Under the pieces are notes generated by a model. It made no database searches and had not been told where the DNA came from. It was given only the letters and a program-made list of their open reading frames with translations. Positions 24,593 through 34,124 of a stretch of DNA of 35,669 nt are shown piece by piece. The stretch covers positions 1 through 35,669 of the IMG/VR virus record IMGVR_UViG_3300032290_000659; one strand, 5' to 3'. The stretch is from a virus. Lineage: Duplodnaviria; Caudoviricetes. Position numbers and translations under genes: made by a program. Numbering within the stretch: the stretch's first letter is position 1; each line of letters opens with the position of its first letter.

Positions 24593-24823
24593 TTAACTAA
24601 AGAACGTTCCAAAAGAACCTTTATCATCACCAAAACCTTTCATCCGATTTTCAAGTTTATCTAGAAGTTGATCTGTTTTAATCAAACTATCAATTCGACA
24701 AATCATCTCGGAGATCTCACGACTCACAAAAGGTTTCTCTTGTCTTGCAGAATAAGCAAGAGCATTTCTGAGACTTGCTTCTGCTTCTTTCAAACTAGAT
24801 TCAACTGATTCACTCAATGCCAT
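24593..24823 (-). CDS. hypothetical protein
   Basis: MALSESVESSLKEAEASLRNALAYSARQEKP. Confidence 0.7.
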   Translation of the reverse strand: MALSESVESSLKEAEASLRNALAYSARQEKPFVSREISEMICRIDSLIKTDQLLDKLENRMKGFGDDKGSFGTFFS

Positions 24824-24824
24824 T

Positions 24825-25400
24825 TCAACATTCCTCCATTCCAACAGGTTTAATTACTTTTTTAATTTCAAAACTACCATCACCACGGTCAATCCAGTAT
24901 AATTGTTCTCCGTTTTTCCAATTCACTTGTTCCAACAAATCGTCAGGAAGTTGAATAAAATAATCATCAACACCCTCTTCAATTATCTGTTGAACAGGAA
25001 GAATCCATTTAGTTACTTTATCTTTTTCTGATGCTGCTTTATCGCACATCGCATTCAACACTTCTTCACTGTATTGGGAATATTCTTCAGGATAATAATT
25101 TTCTTCCCAGAAATCGTTCCACGCTTTTTGACACTTGGAAGACTTATCATCTTTATCGCATACAAGATTTTCTTTTTTCTCAACATACTCATCGTATGCT
25201 GGAATATGTCCAATACCATTACCATTCAGAAGAGCAAGAAGTTCATAACATCTTTCCGTATGATTTTTATAGATGCAATAGTTTTCGTCAACTACACTTT
25301 TAATCACATCATAAATCTCCTGCGGTGTTGCTTCACTACAGGAAATTGCATCATGCACCCAGTTCTCTAGATTTTCAAGAGAATACTTTTTATAGTCCAT
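24825..25400 (-). CDS. hypothetical protein with a C-terminal AbrB/MazE-like domain
   Basis: YFIQLPDDLLEQVNWKNGEQLYW..DGSFEIKK. Confidence 0.65.
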   Translation of the reverse strand: MDYKKYSLENLENWVHDAISCSEATPQEIYDVIKSVVDENYCIYKNHTERCYELLALLNGNGIGHIPAYDEYVEKKENLVCDKDDKSSKCQKAWNDFWEENYYPEEYSQYSEEVLNAMCDKAASEKDKVTKWILPVQQIIEEGVDDYFIQLPDDLLEQVNWKNGEQLYWIDRGDGSFEIKKVIKPVGMEEC

Positions 25401-25402
25401 AA

Positions 25403-25535
25403 TCAATCTTTTGGTTTTGGTTTAGAACAATCGTGACAATAATAAGAGAAACCATCACGGAAGTATTTTACAACCTGATAGTGGTCTTTGTCAAGTGGTT
25501 TTGTTTCACCACACTTATCACAAATCCTTGTCTTT
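25403..25535 (-). CDS. Zn-ribbon peptide lacking an obvious start of its own
   Basis: CDKC..CHDC. Confidence 0.45.
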
Positions 25536-25697
25536 TTTGATAGACTTTCGGATTTGTTTGAGTTCTTTGAGTTCAAATTTAATATTTTTGTAAGCAGAGT
25601 CAGCATCTAGTTTGCCTCCAATCTCCATTGCTATAATAATATCTACTCTTGTACCAAAATGTGCCAATGCCTTTTCAAAATCGTCAAGTTCATACAT
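25518..25697 (-). CDS. hypothetical protein
   Basis: MYELDDFEKALAHFGTRV..EIGGK..AYKNIK. Confidence 0.7.
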   Translation of the reverse strand: MYELDDFEKALAHFGTRVDIIIAMEIGGKLDADSAYKNIKFELKELKQIRKSIKKDKDL

Positions 25698-25914
25698 TTT
25701 TTGTAAATGCCTCAATGGTAAGAATATCTATACGAGCATCAACTGCTTCTATAGAGTTTTGAAGTTCATAAAGACAGTTTGATGTCTCAACGTTTTCTTC
25801 CTCAAGTTTAGAAATACGTTTTTCCATTTCTACAATTTTGGCATATAAATCAGCATCTTCACTATTATGTTTTTGTGAAGATGCAATAAACCACTTGATA
25901 AACTTACGAATCAT
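25690..25914 (-). CDS. coiled-coil hypothetical protein
   Basis: LEEENVETSNCLYELQNSI. Confidence 0.7.
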   Translation of the reverse strand: MIRKFIKWFIASSQKHNSEDADLYAKIVEMEKRISKLEEENVETSNCLYELQNSIEAVDARIDILTIEAFTKNV

Positions 25915-26063
25915 TATATCAATCCAACAGATTTTAAGTACCTACGATATGATAAAAATCTTCCTAGAGAAGGTTTTCCAGGAAGATTAAGTTGATGATG
26001 AATCTCACAATAACAAATCCAATCGTGCCAAGGAGTAGATTCATCAAGAACGTGATAGTTCAT
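25914..26063 (-). CDS. hypothetical protein, 49 aa
   Basis: Manual read: MNYHVLDESTPWHDWICYCEIHHQL... Confidence 0.6.
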   Translation of the reverse strand: MNYHVLDESTPWHDWICYCEIHHQLNLPGKPSLGRFLSYRRYLKSVGLI

Positions 26064-26194
26064 ACTTCTGTTGATTTAAGTTCAACTTTAGATTTATTTT
26101 GTTTATGCAATTCTTCTACTGCTTTTCGCAGTTCTTCTGTTTCTTCCCATTCCCAGGAATTTCCATTCTTATCAATAAAAGTGCGTAGTGTCAT
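26060..26194 (-). CDS. hypothetical protein, 44 aa
   Basis: Manual read: MTLRTFIDKNGNSWEWEETEELRKAVE... Confidence 0.6.
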   Translation of the reverse strand: MTLRTFIDKNGNSWEWEETEELRKAVEELHKQNKSKVELKSTEV

Positions 26195-26424
26195 AGTTTT
26201 CCTCCAACAAATGAATCATAAGTCTTTTGCTCTGCCTTGTCAAACTCACCTTCTTGTTTTGCCTTCAAGCACCAACGTGTTGCCTTTATACACTCTTCTT
26301 CAGATAGTGAGGTGATAATACCTTTACCGTCAGGATAATGAGATTGCCAAGTACCCCAACGTTTTTGTTCAGCATAAAAGGCATTATCATCATACCATTT
26401 CTTTTCCATAACGTCAGGATTCAT
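26191..26424 (-). CDS. hypothetical protein
   Basis: Coupled ORF ending YDSFVGGKL. Confidence 0.7.
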   Translation of the reverse strand: MNPDVMEKKWYDDNAFYAEQKRWGTWQSHYPDGKGIITSLSEEECIKATRWCLKAKQEGEFDKAEQKTYDSFVGGKL

Positions 26425-26738
26425 TTCTTTTGTTTTGAATTGCGAGTAGGGTGTGAAGTGGAATCCAACTTTCTGGTTCGTTTTGAAACTGTACCAGAAC
26501 TTCCGTCACCTTTTGGTTTAGGTTTTTGCTCCACGTCTCTCTTGTGTTTTTTACTGCGTACAACGGGTTCTCCATCACGATAATCAATCTTAATGTCCTT
26601 CTTATCTAGTTTATATCGTTCTAGCTGTTTTTGCAAGTGTTCATCACACTGAAAAAAACAAACTGTAATATTTTTCCCTTCTTTAACTTGAAGTTTGATT
26701 GGGAAAGTTTCATATGGAAATTGTTCAGAATTTGTCAT
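26421..26738 (-). CDS. hypothetical protein
   Basis: FPYETFPI..CFFQC..HL, basic tail. Confidence 0.7.
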   Translation of the reverse strand: MTNSEQFPYETFPIKLQVKEGKNITVCFFQCDEHLQKQLERYKLDKKDIKIDYRDGEPVVRSKKHKRDVEQKPKPKGDGSSGTVSKRTRKLDSTSHPTRNSKQKK

Positions 26739-27130
26739 CGTCCAGTAACATCCTCATAATCCATTAACTTGCCATACTTAAAGTGTATTCTACACCGTGG
26801 CCAATCTTCCCATTTTCCTTTCCAATGTTCCGGATAAATCTCAACATATTTTGTGATACAATGAACCTTAACTTTTCCACGAGTTCCATTCGGAATCCAT
26901 CTAAAGTTAAATAGTGCCATATTATCATTATATCCATCATCACCTTCTTTGAGTTCTACAAAGTCAGCAGTATGGGCATAATCAATAAGATACAAATACC
27001 CATCAGGAGAAATCCAGTATTGGGTCATTGTTCCACCAATACCATCCTCAATGTCTTTTGTATGACATTGAGTTTCTGTAAAATGTTCACCTAGATTATA
27101 AGAAGAACGAACATAATCCATCATTCCCAT
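26735..27130 (-). CDS. conserved phage hypothetical protein
   Basis: MGMMDYVRSSY..HTKD..YWISPDG. Confidence 0.75.
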   Translation of the reverse strand: MGMMDYVRSSYNLGEHFTETQCHTKDIEDGIGGTMTQYWISPDGYLYLIDYAHTADFVELKEGDDGYNDNMALFNFRWIPNGTRGKVKVHCITKYVEIYPEHWKGKWEDWPRCRIHFKYGKLMDYEDVTGR

Positions 27131-27142
27131 TTTACTTTTTCC

Positions 27143-27316
27143 TCATAAGTATCGTGGTTTTTCTGTATCAAACTTGTAGAACTCAACGTCTTTCATATCT
27201 AGGCACATACGTATAGTTTCGTGCTCTCTGTGTTCTCTTGGTGTTCCTTTATATAGTGTTCTTCTTTGATAAGCACACTTCCAGATGTCATAGAAGATTT
27301 TAGATTTTTCATTCAT
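27143..27316 (-). CDS. hypothetical protein, 57 aa
   Basis: Manual read: MNEKSKIFYDIWKCAYQRR... Confidence 0.6.
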   Translation of the reverse strand: MNEKSKIFYDIWKCAYQRRTLYKGTPREHREHETIRMCLDMKDVEFYKFDTEKPRYL

Positions 27317-27524
27317 CATCCCAAGGTGCCTTTTTGAGCATAATCTCTTTTAATCTTTCCACTACTTTTGGGTCTGGTGGTTCGTTAATTCTTCTTACTA
27401 ATTCATCATATGCTTCTTTAGAAACATACATTTTTTGTGGTTTCATACCAAGATGTTTGAGGCATTTTCTTTCGTATTGCCAATCTTTATACTTATACCA
27501 TAAAGACCATAAAAGATTTCTCAT
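27309..27524 (-). CDS. hypothetical protein
   Basis: Coupled track ORF. Confidence 0.65.
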   Translation of the reverse strand: MRNLLWSLWYKYKDWQYERKCLKHLGMKPQKMYVSKEAYDELVRRINEPPDPKVVERLKEIMLKKAPWDDE

Positions 27525-27820
27525 TTCTTCGTCCAGGAATAATCATACATATTCATCCATCCATCATTCAACTCCGCCCACATCGCATAAGGAAGTTTAT
27601 AAGAATACTTCATATCTCTCGTCCAATAAGACCACGCCTCCCAAGCATTTGCTATACCTTGAAATCCCCAGATAAAGTGTCTCCACTTCTCATTATCATA
27701 CACCCAATCGTTGTTAGTATCAAATGGGTTCCACCTGAATTGAGGTTCAAAATCACCATCATAGCAGTAACGATTATACTGCTTACGAGTCCAGTTCTTG
27801 TATCGTTGAAGAAGATTCAT
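27521..27820 (-). CDS. Trp-rich hypothetical protein
   Basis: First gene after TATAAT (27844-27849) and the element at 27879. Confidence 0.7.
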   Translation of the reverse strand: MNLLQRYKNWTRKQYNRYCYDGDFEPQFRWNPFDTNNDWVYDNEKWRHFIWGFQGIANAWEAWSYWTRDMKYSYKLPYAMWAELNDGWMNMYDYSWTKK

Positions 27821-27886
27821 AAGATGGTTGAATTCATAAGAGTATTATAGCAGGTTTTTGAGGGTTCTGGTGGGGTCTTGTGCCAG

Positions 27887-28072
27887 TTAGTCAGGTGTCT
27901 CCTCACTATAATTAACATAAAGATTATCACCACCAATGTTTAAGTGAAATACTTGACCGTTGTTAAGATAGATTCCCAACCACACAGCACGACCTTGTTC
28001 CATCGTTTCGTAGTGAACCATCTTCACATCTTCCAGAATAATCTCATCTGGATTTTTAATGAATCTACTCAT
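27887..28072 (-). CDS. hypothetical protein
   Basis: NPDEI..VHYE..WLGIY; stop lies in the element. Confidence 0.7.
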   Translation of the reverse strand: MSRFIKNPDEIILEDVKMVHYETMEQGRAVWLGIYLNNGQVFHLNIGGDNLYVNYSEETPD

Positions 28073-28290
28073 CTTTCCTCCCAGAATTTACCATCAGGAC
28101 CACAAGAATAATCAAGTTCTTTCCATCTATTTGACCTCAACATATCACAAAATCGTTGCTTATAACCACTTACAAGGTCATCAGTGGTATTTGGAGAGGC
28201 ACACATATCATATTTGCTAGTTCTAAAAAGAATATGCTCAACCCAGGATTTTCTGTACCACTTACAATCCTTACAGAGTTTTTTAGTCAT
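28069..28290 (-). CDS. Cys-rich hypothetical protein
   Basis: CKDCKW..C..C..CGPDGKFWE. Confidence 0.7.
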   Translation of the reverse strand: MTKKLCKDCKWYRKSWVEHILFRTSKYDMCASPNTTDDLVSGYKQRFCDMLRSNRWKELDYSCGPDGKFWEER

Positions 28291-28553
28291 TGATAAGGGT
28301 TCTTAAGGTTATCAAGAATAGCAGAAAAGAATGCGATACGGTCTCTATCGTATTCCACATCAACCGAATGAGAATTGCAAAAATCTATAATGTTTTTCTC
28401 CGTTGGAGTTGGAGAATAACAATCACGGAACCTGGAATAAGTAATGTGCTCAACAAACTCTTTACGCATAATCTCAAAGAGTTGGAAGAGTTCTTGTTGC
28501 GAAAGTTCTACTTCTCGGTCAGTTGCTTGATGTCCTTTGAATTTGATGTTCAT
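28287..28553 (-). CDS. hypothetical protein
   Basis: Coupled track ORF. Confidence 0.65.
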   Translation of the reverse strand: MNIKFKGHQATDREVELSQQELFQLFEIMRKEFVEHITYSRFRDCYSPTPTEKNIIDFCNSHSVDVEYDRDRIAFFSAILDNLKNPYQ

Positions 28554-28554
28554 T

Positions 28555-28815
28555 TCAGTTTACTCCGTAAAGTTCAAGAATTCGTTTAGCAACAACAATC
28601 GCAAGTTCTTTGTTTGCGATAGACATATATTCAGTGATGCCTCTGTGCTCACTATCGTGCTGTTTTCCTGTTGCTTCTAGGTAAACCCCCCCATTATCTG
28701 CTTGAAGTTTTACAGTGTGAGTACATCCTTCTACTTCATCAGAAAATTCGTAAACATCAGTGATGCTATGAATAATTTGAGTTCCGGGAACAATGTTGTA
28801 AGGTTGAAAAGTCAT
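28555..28815 (-). CDS. hypothetical protein
   Basis: Downstream of TATAAT (about 28839) and the element variant at 28874. Confidence 0.7.
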   Translation of the reverse strand: MTFQPYNIVPGTQIIHSITDVYEFSDEVEGCTHTVKLQADNGGVYLEATGKQHDSEHRGITEYMSIANKELAIVVAKRILELYGVN

Positions 28816-28839
28816 TGTAATTGAGTGTTTGTGGGTTTA

Positions 28840-29127
28840 TTATAGGGCATCCAAGTCCTTTCTGTGGTGTACAGTGGACGGTTTATCAAGTGTCTCCAAG
28901 GCATCCGCAAGTTCATAAAGTGCTCTTGCTGAAACTACCATATCCTCACCATCACCAAAATGATAGTATTGAAGTTCATTGACTGCTTCACGAATTACAG
29001 CAGCAAACTCATAATAAGTTTTAGCAACCATAGGGTCTCTACCTTCACGGATAAGTTTTCCAAGTGTAGGAGAACCTTCAGCAACATTCCGCGCAGCATC
29101 TACACACTTTTGTGCTATCTTATTCAT
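28840..29127 (-). CDS. hypothetical protein
   Basis: Track ORF that reads through the 28874 element. Confidence 0.65.
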   Translation of the reverse strand: MNKIAQKCVDAARNVAEGSPTLGKLIREGRDPMVAKTYYEFAAVIREAVNELQYYHFGDGEDMVVSARALYELADALETLDKPSTVHHRKDLDAL

Positions 29128-29663
29128 TATGCTACTCCATCAGCACTATCTTTTAACTCTTGCACTCGTTTCAAAAACTCATCACTCTGCCGATACAATC
29201 CTTCAATCAAATCCTTGATGTCATCAATCGCAATTACATCATACTCCATATTCATATTCTCACAACGGAGAGCATCAATCATACATTCAAGTGTCATTGC
29301 CTGCATATGCTCTGGTGTGATTGGTGTGCCGTGAGGCATCCCAGAACATTCATCATTATAGAAAGCATTATATCGTGCCAACACAGTATCAGCACGTTCT
29401 CTACGTTCCCACTCATCTTTTTCAATCTCAGCAAGTTTCAGCATAGCATCACCGTGCTTTTCATAAAGTTCATCAAGGGCAGCAAGTGCTTTGTTTTCTG
29501 CTTCTCTTCGTTCTGCTTCTTCCAGCATTTCTTCATGAGTTGGATTGATATTCATAAGTTCTCTCAACCTCTGTTTGCCGTATTCTGTGAGTTCGTGTTT
29601 TTTGTTGCGGAGTTCATCAACTTCTTCTTGTGTGAGATTAACCCACGGCATATCTTCATTCAT
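29127..29663 (-). CDS. hypothetical protein, mosaic and acidic
   Basis: 178-aa track ORF. Confidence 0.7.
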   Translation of the reverse strand: MNEDMPWVNLTQEEVDELRNKKHELTEYGKQRLRELMNINPTHEEMLEEAERREAENKALAALDELYEKHGDAMLKLAEIEKDEWERRERADTVLARYNAFYNDECSGMPHGTPITPEHMQAMTLECMIDALRCENMNMEYDVIAIDDIKDLIEGLYRQSDEFLKRVQELKDSADGVA

Positions 29664-29847
29664 AAGTCGTAAAAAGAAATACTTTAAGTGTTTGTCCGTC
29701 GTCCTGAAGACTTACCTGAACGTTAGAGCATTCGTACCGAACAAACTCTCTTCCAGTATCAGTAATCACTTCAACACGAGTCACATCTGGATAGTTTTTT
29801 AGAAAGTCGCCATTGGGCATTGTGATGTCTTCGTTAGTCATAATCAC
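29656..29847 (-). CDS. hypothetical protein
   Basis: VTRVEVI..GREFV..SLQDDGQTLKVF. Confidence 0.7.
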   Translation of the reverse strand: MIMTNEDITMPNGDFLKNYPDVTRVEVITDTGREFVRYECSNVQVSLQDDGQTLKVFLFTTYE

Positions 29848-30035
29848 ATGCGATGCCTATGTGTAATTGTCATCCAATTGTAAAGAACTTCTTTCCCCAA
29901 ATCAATATGATATTTGTCTTCATTGGGAGTAGTCATTAGTCCTTTCCAAGTATCAAAACAAATAAAAAATATGTTCCAACCCGAAGTAAGTAATTTTAAA
30001 TATTCAGTTTGTTTTATTGGTTTTATATCAGTCAT
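29844..30035 (-). CDS. hypothetical protein
   Basis: Start moved to MTDIKP. Confidence 0.55.
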   Translation of the reverse strand: MTDIKPIKQTEYLKLLTSGWNIFFICFDTWKGLMTTPNEDKYHIDLGKEVLYNWMTITHRHRM

Positions 30036-30246
30036 AACAACCCTCAAAGTCAATGTGTTCTCTTACAGATTTAGCAGAACTTTGTGCTTGTTCTTTCCAT
30101 GCTTCAAGTTTCTCAATCCTCCTATGAAGTTCGGTGATGATGTGTATCAAAGAACGATAGTCAATGGATTCAATGTCATCTCCACCTTCCATATCATTAT
30201 AATATGAGTATAGGAGTTCTTTTGTAAAATTGCGTTCAGTCATCAT
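30028..30246 (-). CDS. hypothetical protein
   Basis: Coupled track ORF. Confidence 0.65.
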   Translation of the reverse strand: MMTERNFTKELLYSYYNDMEGGDDIESIDYRSLIHIITELHRRIEKLEAWKEQAQSSAKSVREHIDFEGCYD

Positions 30247-30956
30247 TTGTTCCTCAATTTGGATTTGATTTTCTTAAGAGCATCATTATAACCATCCACA
30301 AGGTCAATCACAGAAACATCTTGTGTTCCAGAACTATCCTGTTCTTTAGGCAACCACAACTGAATTTGGTCAATCAAATCATCAATCGCAGTTTCCATAT
30401 CCCAGTCTTCTCTTGTCGTGAATACATCACACCACCAACGAGTAATGAGTTCTTCCAGAGTTTTACCCATTTCAAACTTCAAAAAGTCTGGTGGATTTTC
30501 CTCCCACTTCTTCAGCATTTTATTCACAACTTCATCAGTGATACGATAAGGAGGATTGTCCTTCTCATCATGTTCTACTTCATCATACCAATCAGGTTCA
30601 TCAACTGGAACTGCGTGTGGTTGTGTTGATTGATAACCACGAAGAAAAGCATCCCACCTTGGATTTTCACTTGGAGTACCTGAAGGATATTCCCCATAAC
30701 ATCTTTTGTATGCTTCCTCTGTTGGTGTTTTTTGTTTAGGATAAGCATTCTTGAGTTTATCAAAAAACTCTTTTGTTTCTTCACAATATTCAACATACTT
30801 ATCAAGCATGTGAAGTTCGTCAAGTGTGAGTTCAAGTGTGAATTTTTGTTCAGTCATTTTGATTTCAAGTTTAGTCTCAGGGCATTTGGTTCCAAGAGTT
30901 GGAGGAGAAATACGATATGTTTCCTTACCATTTTTGTAGTAGATTATATCACTCAT
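30243..30956 (-). CDS. hypothetical protein; C-terminus related to 32393-33091
   Basis: WLP...GYNDALKKIKSKLR. Confidence 0.7.
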   Translation of the reverse strand: MSDIIYYKNGKETYRISPPTLGTKCPETKLEIKMTEQKFTLELTLDELHMLDKYVEYCEETKEFFDKLKNAYPKQKTPTEEAYKRCYGEYPSGTPSENPRWDAFLRGYQSTQPHAVPVDEPDWYDEVEHDEKDNPPYRITDEVVNKMLKKWEENPPDFLKFEMGKTLEELITRWWCDVFTTREDWDMETAIDDLIDQIQLWLPKEQDSSGTQDVSVIDLVDGYNDALKKIKSKLRNK

Positions 30957-31200
30957 TATCAGTAAGTCCTACTTCCTCTTCCAGTTTAGCATAGTTTGCT
31001 GCTTCCCAACCAGCAACGAATGCAGAATGTATCCATCCGTGCATAATGTCCTCACGGGTCTTTTCGTCTTCTACTTTACAGTCCCCATAAAACCACTCAC
31101 TACGAAAAGTATAAGGACTATAAAAGTCATTAAACCACTTTACAAAGGCATCCTCTGCATCATCGTGAAAGTTCCAGTTGTTGGTAGGATGTTTAGGCAT
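30949..31200 (-). CDS. hypothetical protein
   Basis: AFVKWF..FRSEWFYGD..WIHSAF. Confidence 0.7.
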   Translation of the reverse strand: MPKHPTNNWNFHDDAEDAFVKWFNDFYSPYTFRSEWFYGDCKVEDEKTREDIMHGWIHSAFVAGWEAANYAKLEEEVGLTDNE

Positions 31201-31375
31201 AAGGTTGTTGAGGGTCTTTTTTCCAAACTTCTTTGTAGATAATCCAAGGTTCTTCTTGATGGGTCATTTGAGCAGACCAATGCTGTCCATTCTCATCAAC
31301 AGCATCCAGATAATGAATGCGTGTCTTTGGGTCAATCACTCGTGTGATACTTTTGAATTTTACTCGTTCAGTCAT
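31193..31375 (-). CDS. hypothetical protein
   Basis: Start moved to MTERVKF. Confidence 0.65.
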   Translation of the reverse strand: MTERVKFKSITRVIDPKTRIHYLDAVDENGQHWSAQMTHQEEPWIIYKEVWKKDPQQPYA

Positions 31376-31376
31376 T

Positions 31377-31550
31377 TCAGTTCTGGTGTTGTTTGAGGTG
31401 AAGTTGGATACATTCCATAACATTATCAAGAGTTAGAGCACTACCCTCATAGTAGTAATCCATATTCATTACATCTGTGACTTTGAGTTTGTAATAAAAT
31501 CTATCACCAGGGAAATACTGGTGGATGTCTATGTGAGTTTCGTAGTCCAT
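31377..31550 (-). CDS. hypothetical protein, 57 aa
   Basis: Manual read: MDYETHIDIHQYFPGDRFYYKLKVTD... Confidence 0.6.
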   Translation of the reverse strand: MDYETHIDIHQYFPGDRFYYKLKVTDVMNMDYYYEGSALTLDNVMECIQLHLKQHQN

Positions 31551-31753
31551 CAGTTCTTAAAAAGTTTGTAGATTGCGTCTGCGATTGCAAGTGCTTCTTC
31601 TTTTTCCATAGTAATGTGAGTATGTCGTTTTCCATCTTGCCAATAGGAAATAGTACAACCATCATCACTGGTGACAATATTTGAATCTTCAACTGTGTAA
31701 TACCATTCCTCATCAGGAAGGATGTTGATACAGGTGCTGGTGTCAATTGCCAT
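31550..31753 (-). CDS. hypothetical protein
   Basis: First gene after a promoter cassette. Confidence 0.7.
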   Translation of the reverse strand: MAIDTSTCINILPDEEWYYTVEDSNIVTSDDGCTISYWQDGKRHTHITMEKEEALAIADAIYKLFKN

Positions 31754-31778
31754 TTGGAGTTCCTTTATGTATAAGAGT

Positions 31779-31837
31779 ATTATAAGGCAAAAGGAGCACC
31801 TGTGGGATGCTCCTGTGCCAGTTCGTCAAGTGTCACT
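31779..31837 (-). promoter_or_regulatory. Terminator/early-promoter cassette
   Basis: TATAAT at 31779-31784; AGGAGCA..TGCTCCT hairpin; element at 31814-31837. Confidence 0.75.
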
Positions 31838-32396
31838 TGTCGTTCCAAGTAAAGTCAAGAAGTAATTTAGTAAAGTATCTGACAATAAGATTTGGTTTCT
31901 TTTTCAGATACACTTTGATGTTTGGTTTGATGTCCCAGTATCCTACCTCATCTTTACCAATTCTATACTCTGTAGTCCAATCTACAACACTGCTCACACC
32001 AAGAGTAGAACAATCTAAATTACCTATTGTAAGTCTGACTGGGAATTGTCCGTGTTCCTTTGCATACTCAATATCCTCAATAATCTTGGTAATCTTTTTA
32101 CTAAACTGATACTCTTGATAGTATTTGAGTTGTGCGAACTTATACTCTACATCCTCAATCTGTTTATCAATCTTCTCGTCAAACTCTTGTGAGATTTCTT
32201 CCAAAGATTTTCGTGGTAGTTCAAGTTTGAGTTCTTGTGGCTCATTTGGAATTGTGAAGTATTCTTTGAGAAGTTCATACTTTTCGTGTTCTTCACTCGC
32301 ATTAGTAATCAAACTCATACACTCAAAAACATTCTTTACATCTTTGAGTGTTTTGATTTTACTTATATCAAGTTTATGGTTTAATGGTTCAGTCAT
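31833..32396 (-). CDS. hypothetical protein, paralog of 35084-35647
   Basis: Shares PRKSLEEI.QE..EK, EYA.E.G.FP, LD.S.L.V and KPN...R. Confidence 0.75.
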   Translation of the reverse strand: MTEPLNHKLDISKIKTLKDVKNVFECMSLITNASEEHEKYELLKEYFTIPNEPQELKLELPRKSLEEISQEFDEKIDKQIEDVEYKFAQLKYYQEYQFSKKITKIIEDIEYAKEHGQFPVRLTIGNLDCSTLGVSSVVDWTTEYRIGKDEVGYWDIKPNIKVYLKKKPNLIVRYFTKLLLDFTWNDK

Positions 32397-33091
32397 CGCA
32401 GTTTCGTCTTGATTTCATTCAAACAATCATTCCATCCTTGAGTATATCCCATCTCATCTTCTTCATATGCTAACTCATCAGGCAACCATTCGGCAACAAT
32501 ATCACAAACAGTATCACAAATTGATACTAAACCTTTATTGTAAAACATCTCATAAAGTGTGGATGATGTTGTATCTTCCTCAAACTCATCGGTATATCTT
32601 CCCTTTCGCACATCGTTGAACCACACACCTTCAAGCAAATGACGAGTTTCACCATCAGTAATCTGCACCAACATTATACCATCACCAGTATGCTTTCTCT
32701 TATACCAAGTATGACTTTCATCATTAAATTCAAGACGATAATAATTCTCATTATTATAAAAGACAATCTCAAACTTTCCACCAAGTTCAAAGTTCATTCT
32801 TGGTGGTTGAGATTTATGTGTCTCAATCTCTTTGAGGAGTTCCAACTTTTTTTGAAGCACTTTAATTTCTGCTTCCGTCTTTTCAATATCGGTGTTAAAA
32901 GTCATTTGGTTCAGATAAGGGGTAGCATCCATCACACCATCTTTGATTGCTTGTCTAAAAGCATCACGCAATCCATCGGCAACTTGTTCTGGTGTTTGTG
33001 GTTTTGGTTGAAATTCAGTCATTTTATCTTTGTTGAGAGGGCCATAAACTTGTTCCATTAGTTTTTGGAAATCCTTTTCAATACCAAACAT
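32393..33091 (-). CDS. hypothetical protein, mosaic
   Basis: WLP...GWNDCLNEIKTKLR. Confidence 0.7.
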   Translation of the reverse strand: MFGIEKDFQKLMEQVYGPLNKDKMTEFQPKPQTPEQVADGLRDAFRQAIKDGVMDATPYLNQMTFNTDIEKTEAEIKVLQKKLELLKEIETHKSQPPRMNFELGGKFEIVFYNNENYYRLEFNDESHTWYKRKHTGDGIMLVQITDGETRHLLEGVWFNDVRKGRYTDEFEEDTTSSTLYEMFYNKGLVSICDTVCDIVAEWLPDELAYEEDEMGYTQGWNDCLNEIKTKLR

Positions 33092-33240
33092 TATTTCTCT
33101 TCCTCTAAAACATTACGGGCACGGTCAGCAATCTGTCTCAAACTAATGCGAGGGTCATTATAAGATGTGGGTGTCCAATTATCACACCAACTATCAAGTT
33201 CAATAATAACTCGTTCTAATGCTGATTGGGTTTTAGTCAT
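33091..33240 (-). CDS. hypothetical protein, 49 aa
   Basis: Manual read: MTKTQSALERVIIELDSWCDNW... Confidence 0.55.
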   Translation of the reverse strand: MTKTQSALERVIIELDSWCDNWTPTSYNDPRISLRQIADRARNVLEEEK

Positions 33241-33466
33241 ATGCTTTCACAGTATTACAAGGAATTGTTTGTGGTGGAGTGAGAGAATGAAGAGAAGTAT
33301 AATGAGAAGGAGTATAAACTAATGGAGATTTACTCAAATACTCTTCAAGGATATTGCAATCCCAAGAATACTCATCATAATGCTTTTTACCATAGTCCAT
33401 AGTATCTTCCCGATTTGGAAATGCTACTACGAATGTGTCTTTATAATAGAGTGAATAAACTTTCAT
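33233..33466 (-). CDS. hypothetical protein
   Basis: Coupled track ORF. Confidence 0.6.
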   Translation of the reverse strand: MKVYSLYYKDTFVVAFPNREDTMDYGKKHYDEYSWDCNILEEYLSKSPLVYTPSHYTSLHSLTPPQTIPCNTVKAYD

Positions 33467-33747
33467 TTACAATCCTCATTTGGGTCAAAGTTCAGGTATT
33501 CTACCACAGGTTCTCTACAATACTCACAAAGTCGTTTCCGTGCTTCTTCTAGAGTATCATATCCACCATCAAAATAAACCTCATAGGCAAAGATATTATA
33601 CCAAGAATACAAAAATTTCTCTTGTGGAAAATACTTTGTAGTATCACCATAAGTTTCTTTTTTGATACGATACTTTTTCATAGGTTCATTAGGTAAAAAA
33701 TCTTCACGGATAAGACGGGGTTTTGGGAAGGTTGGTTTATTCATCAT
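33463..33747 (-). CDS. hypothetical protein
   Basis: KKYRIKKE..YFPQEK. Confidence 0.65.
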   Translation of the reverse strand: MMNKPTFPKPRLIREDFLPNEPMKKYRIKKETYGDTTKYFPQEKFLYSWYNIFAYEVYFDGGYDTLEEARKRLCEYCREPVVEYLNFDPNEDCK

Positions 33748-33776
33748 ATCCCCACATCAAAAATTTTCTTTATACA

Positions 33777-34034
33777 TCAATAATCATAAAAATCATCAAC
33801 TACATTACCATCCTTATCATAAGCAGTTCCACAATAAGGTTCTATTGAATTCACAGGTTCTTCATAATCAGCAGAAACATCATAACGATAGATGTCATCA
33901 CCATTGCCACCATACCCAACAGAGATTTTGCCACCATTAGGAAGTTCTCCAACATAAGTAAAAGTATATTTGTAGTATGTGGAAAACTTAACTTTCACAT
34001 TACCATATTTTTCAATAAATTCTTTTTTGGTCAT
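33777..34034 (-). CDS. hypothetical protein
   Basis: EFIEKYGNVKVKFSTYYKYTF; promoter TATAAT, hairpin and element at 34103. Confidence 0.7.
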   Translation of the reverse strand: MTKKEFIEKYGNVKVKFSTYYKYTFTYVGELPNGGKISVGYGGNGDDIYRYDVSADYEEPVNSIEPYCGTAYDKDGNVVDDFYDY

Positions 34035-34124
34035 TTCAGGTAATCAGGTTTCTGTGTGTATGAAAGTATTATAGGACAAAAAAGTGCCCTGTGAAGGCAC
34101 CTTGTTCCAGTTCGTCAAGTGTCT

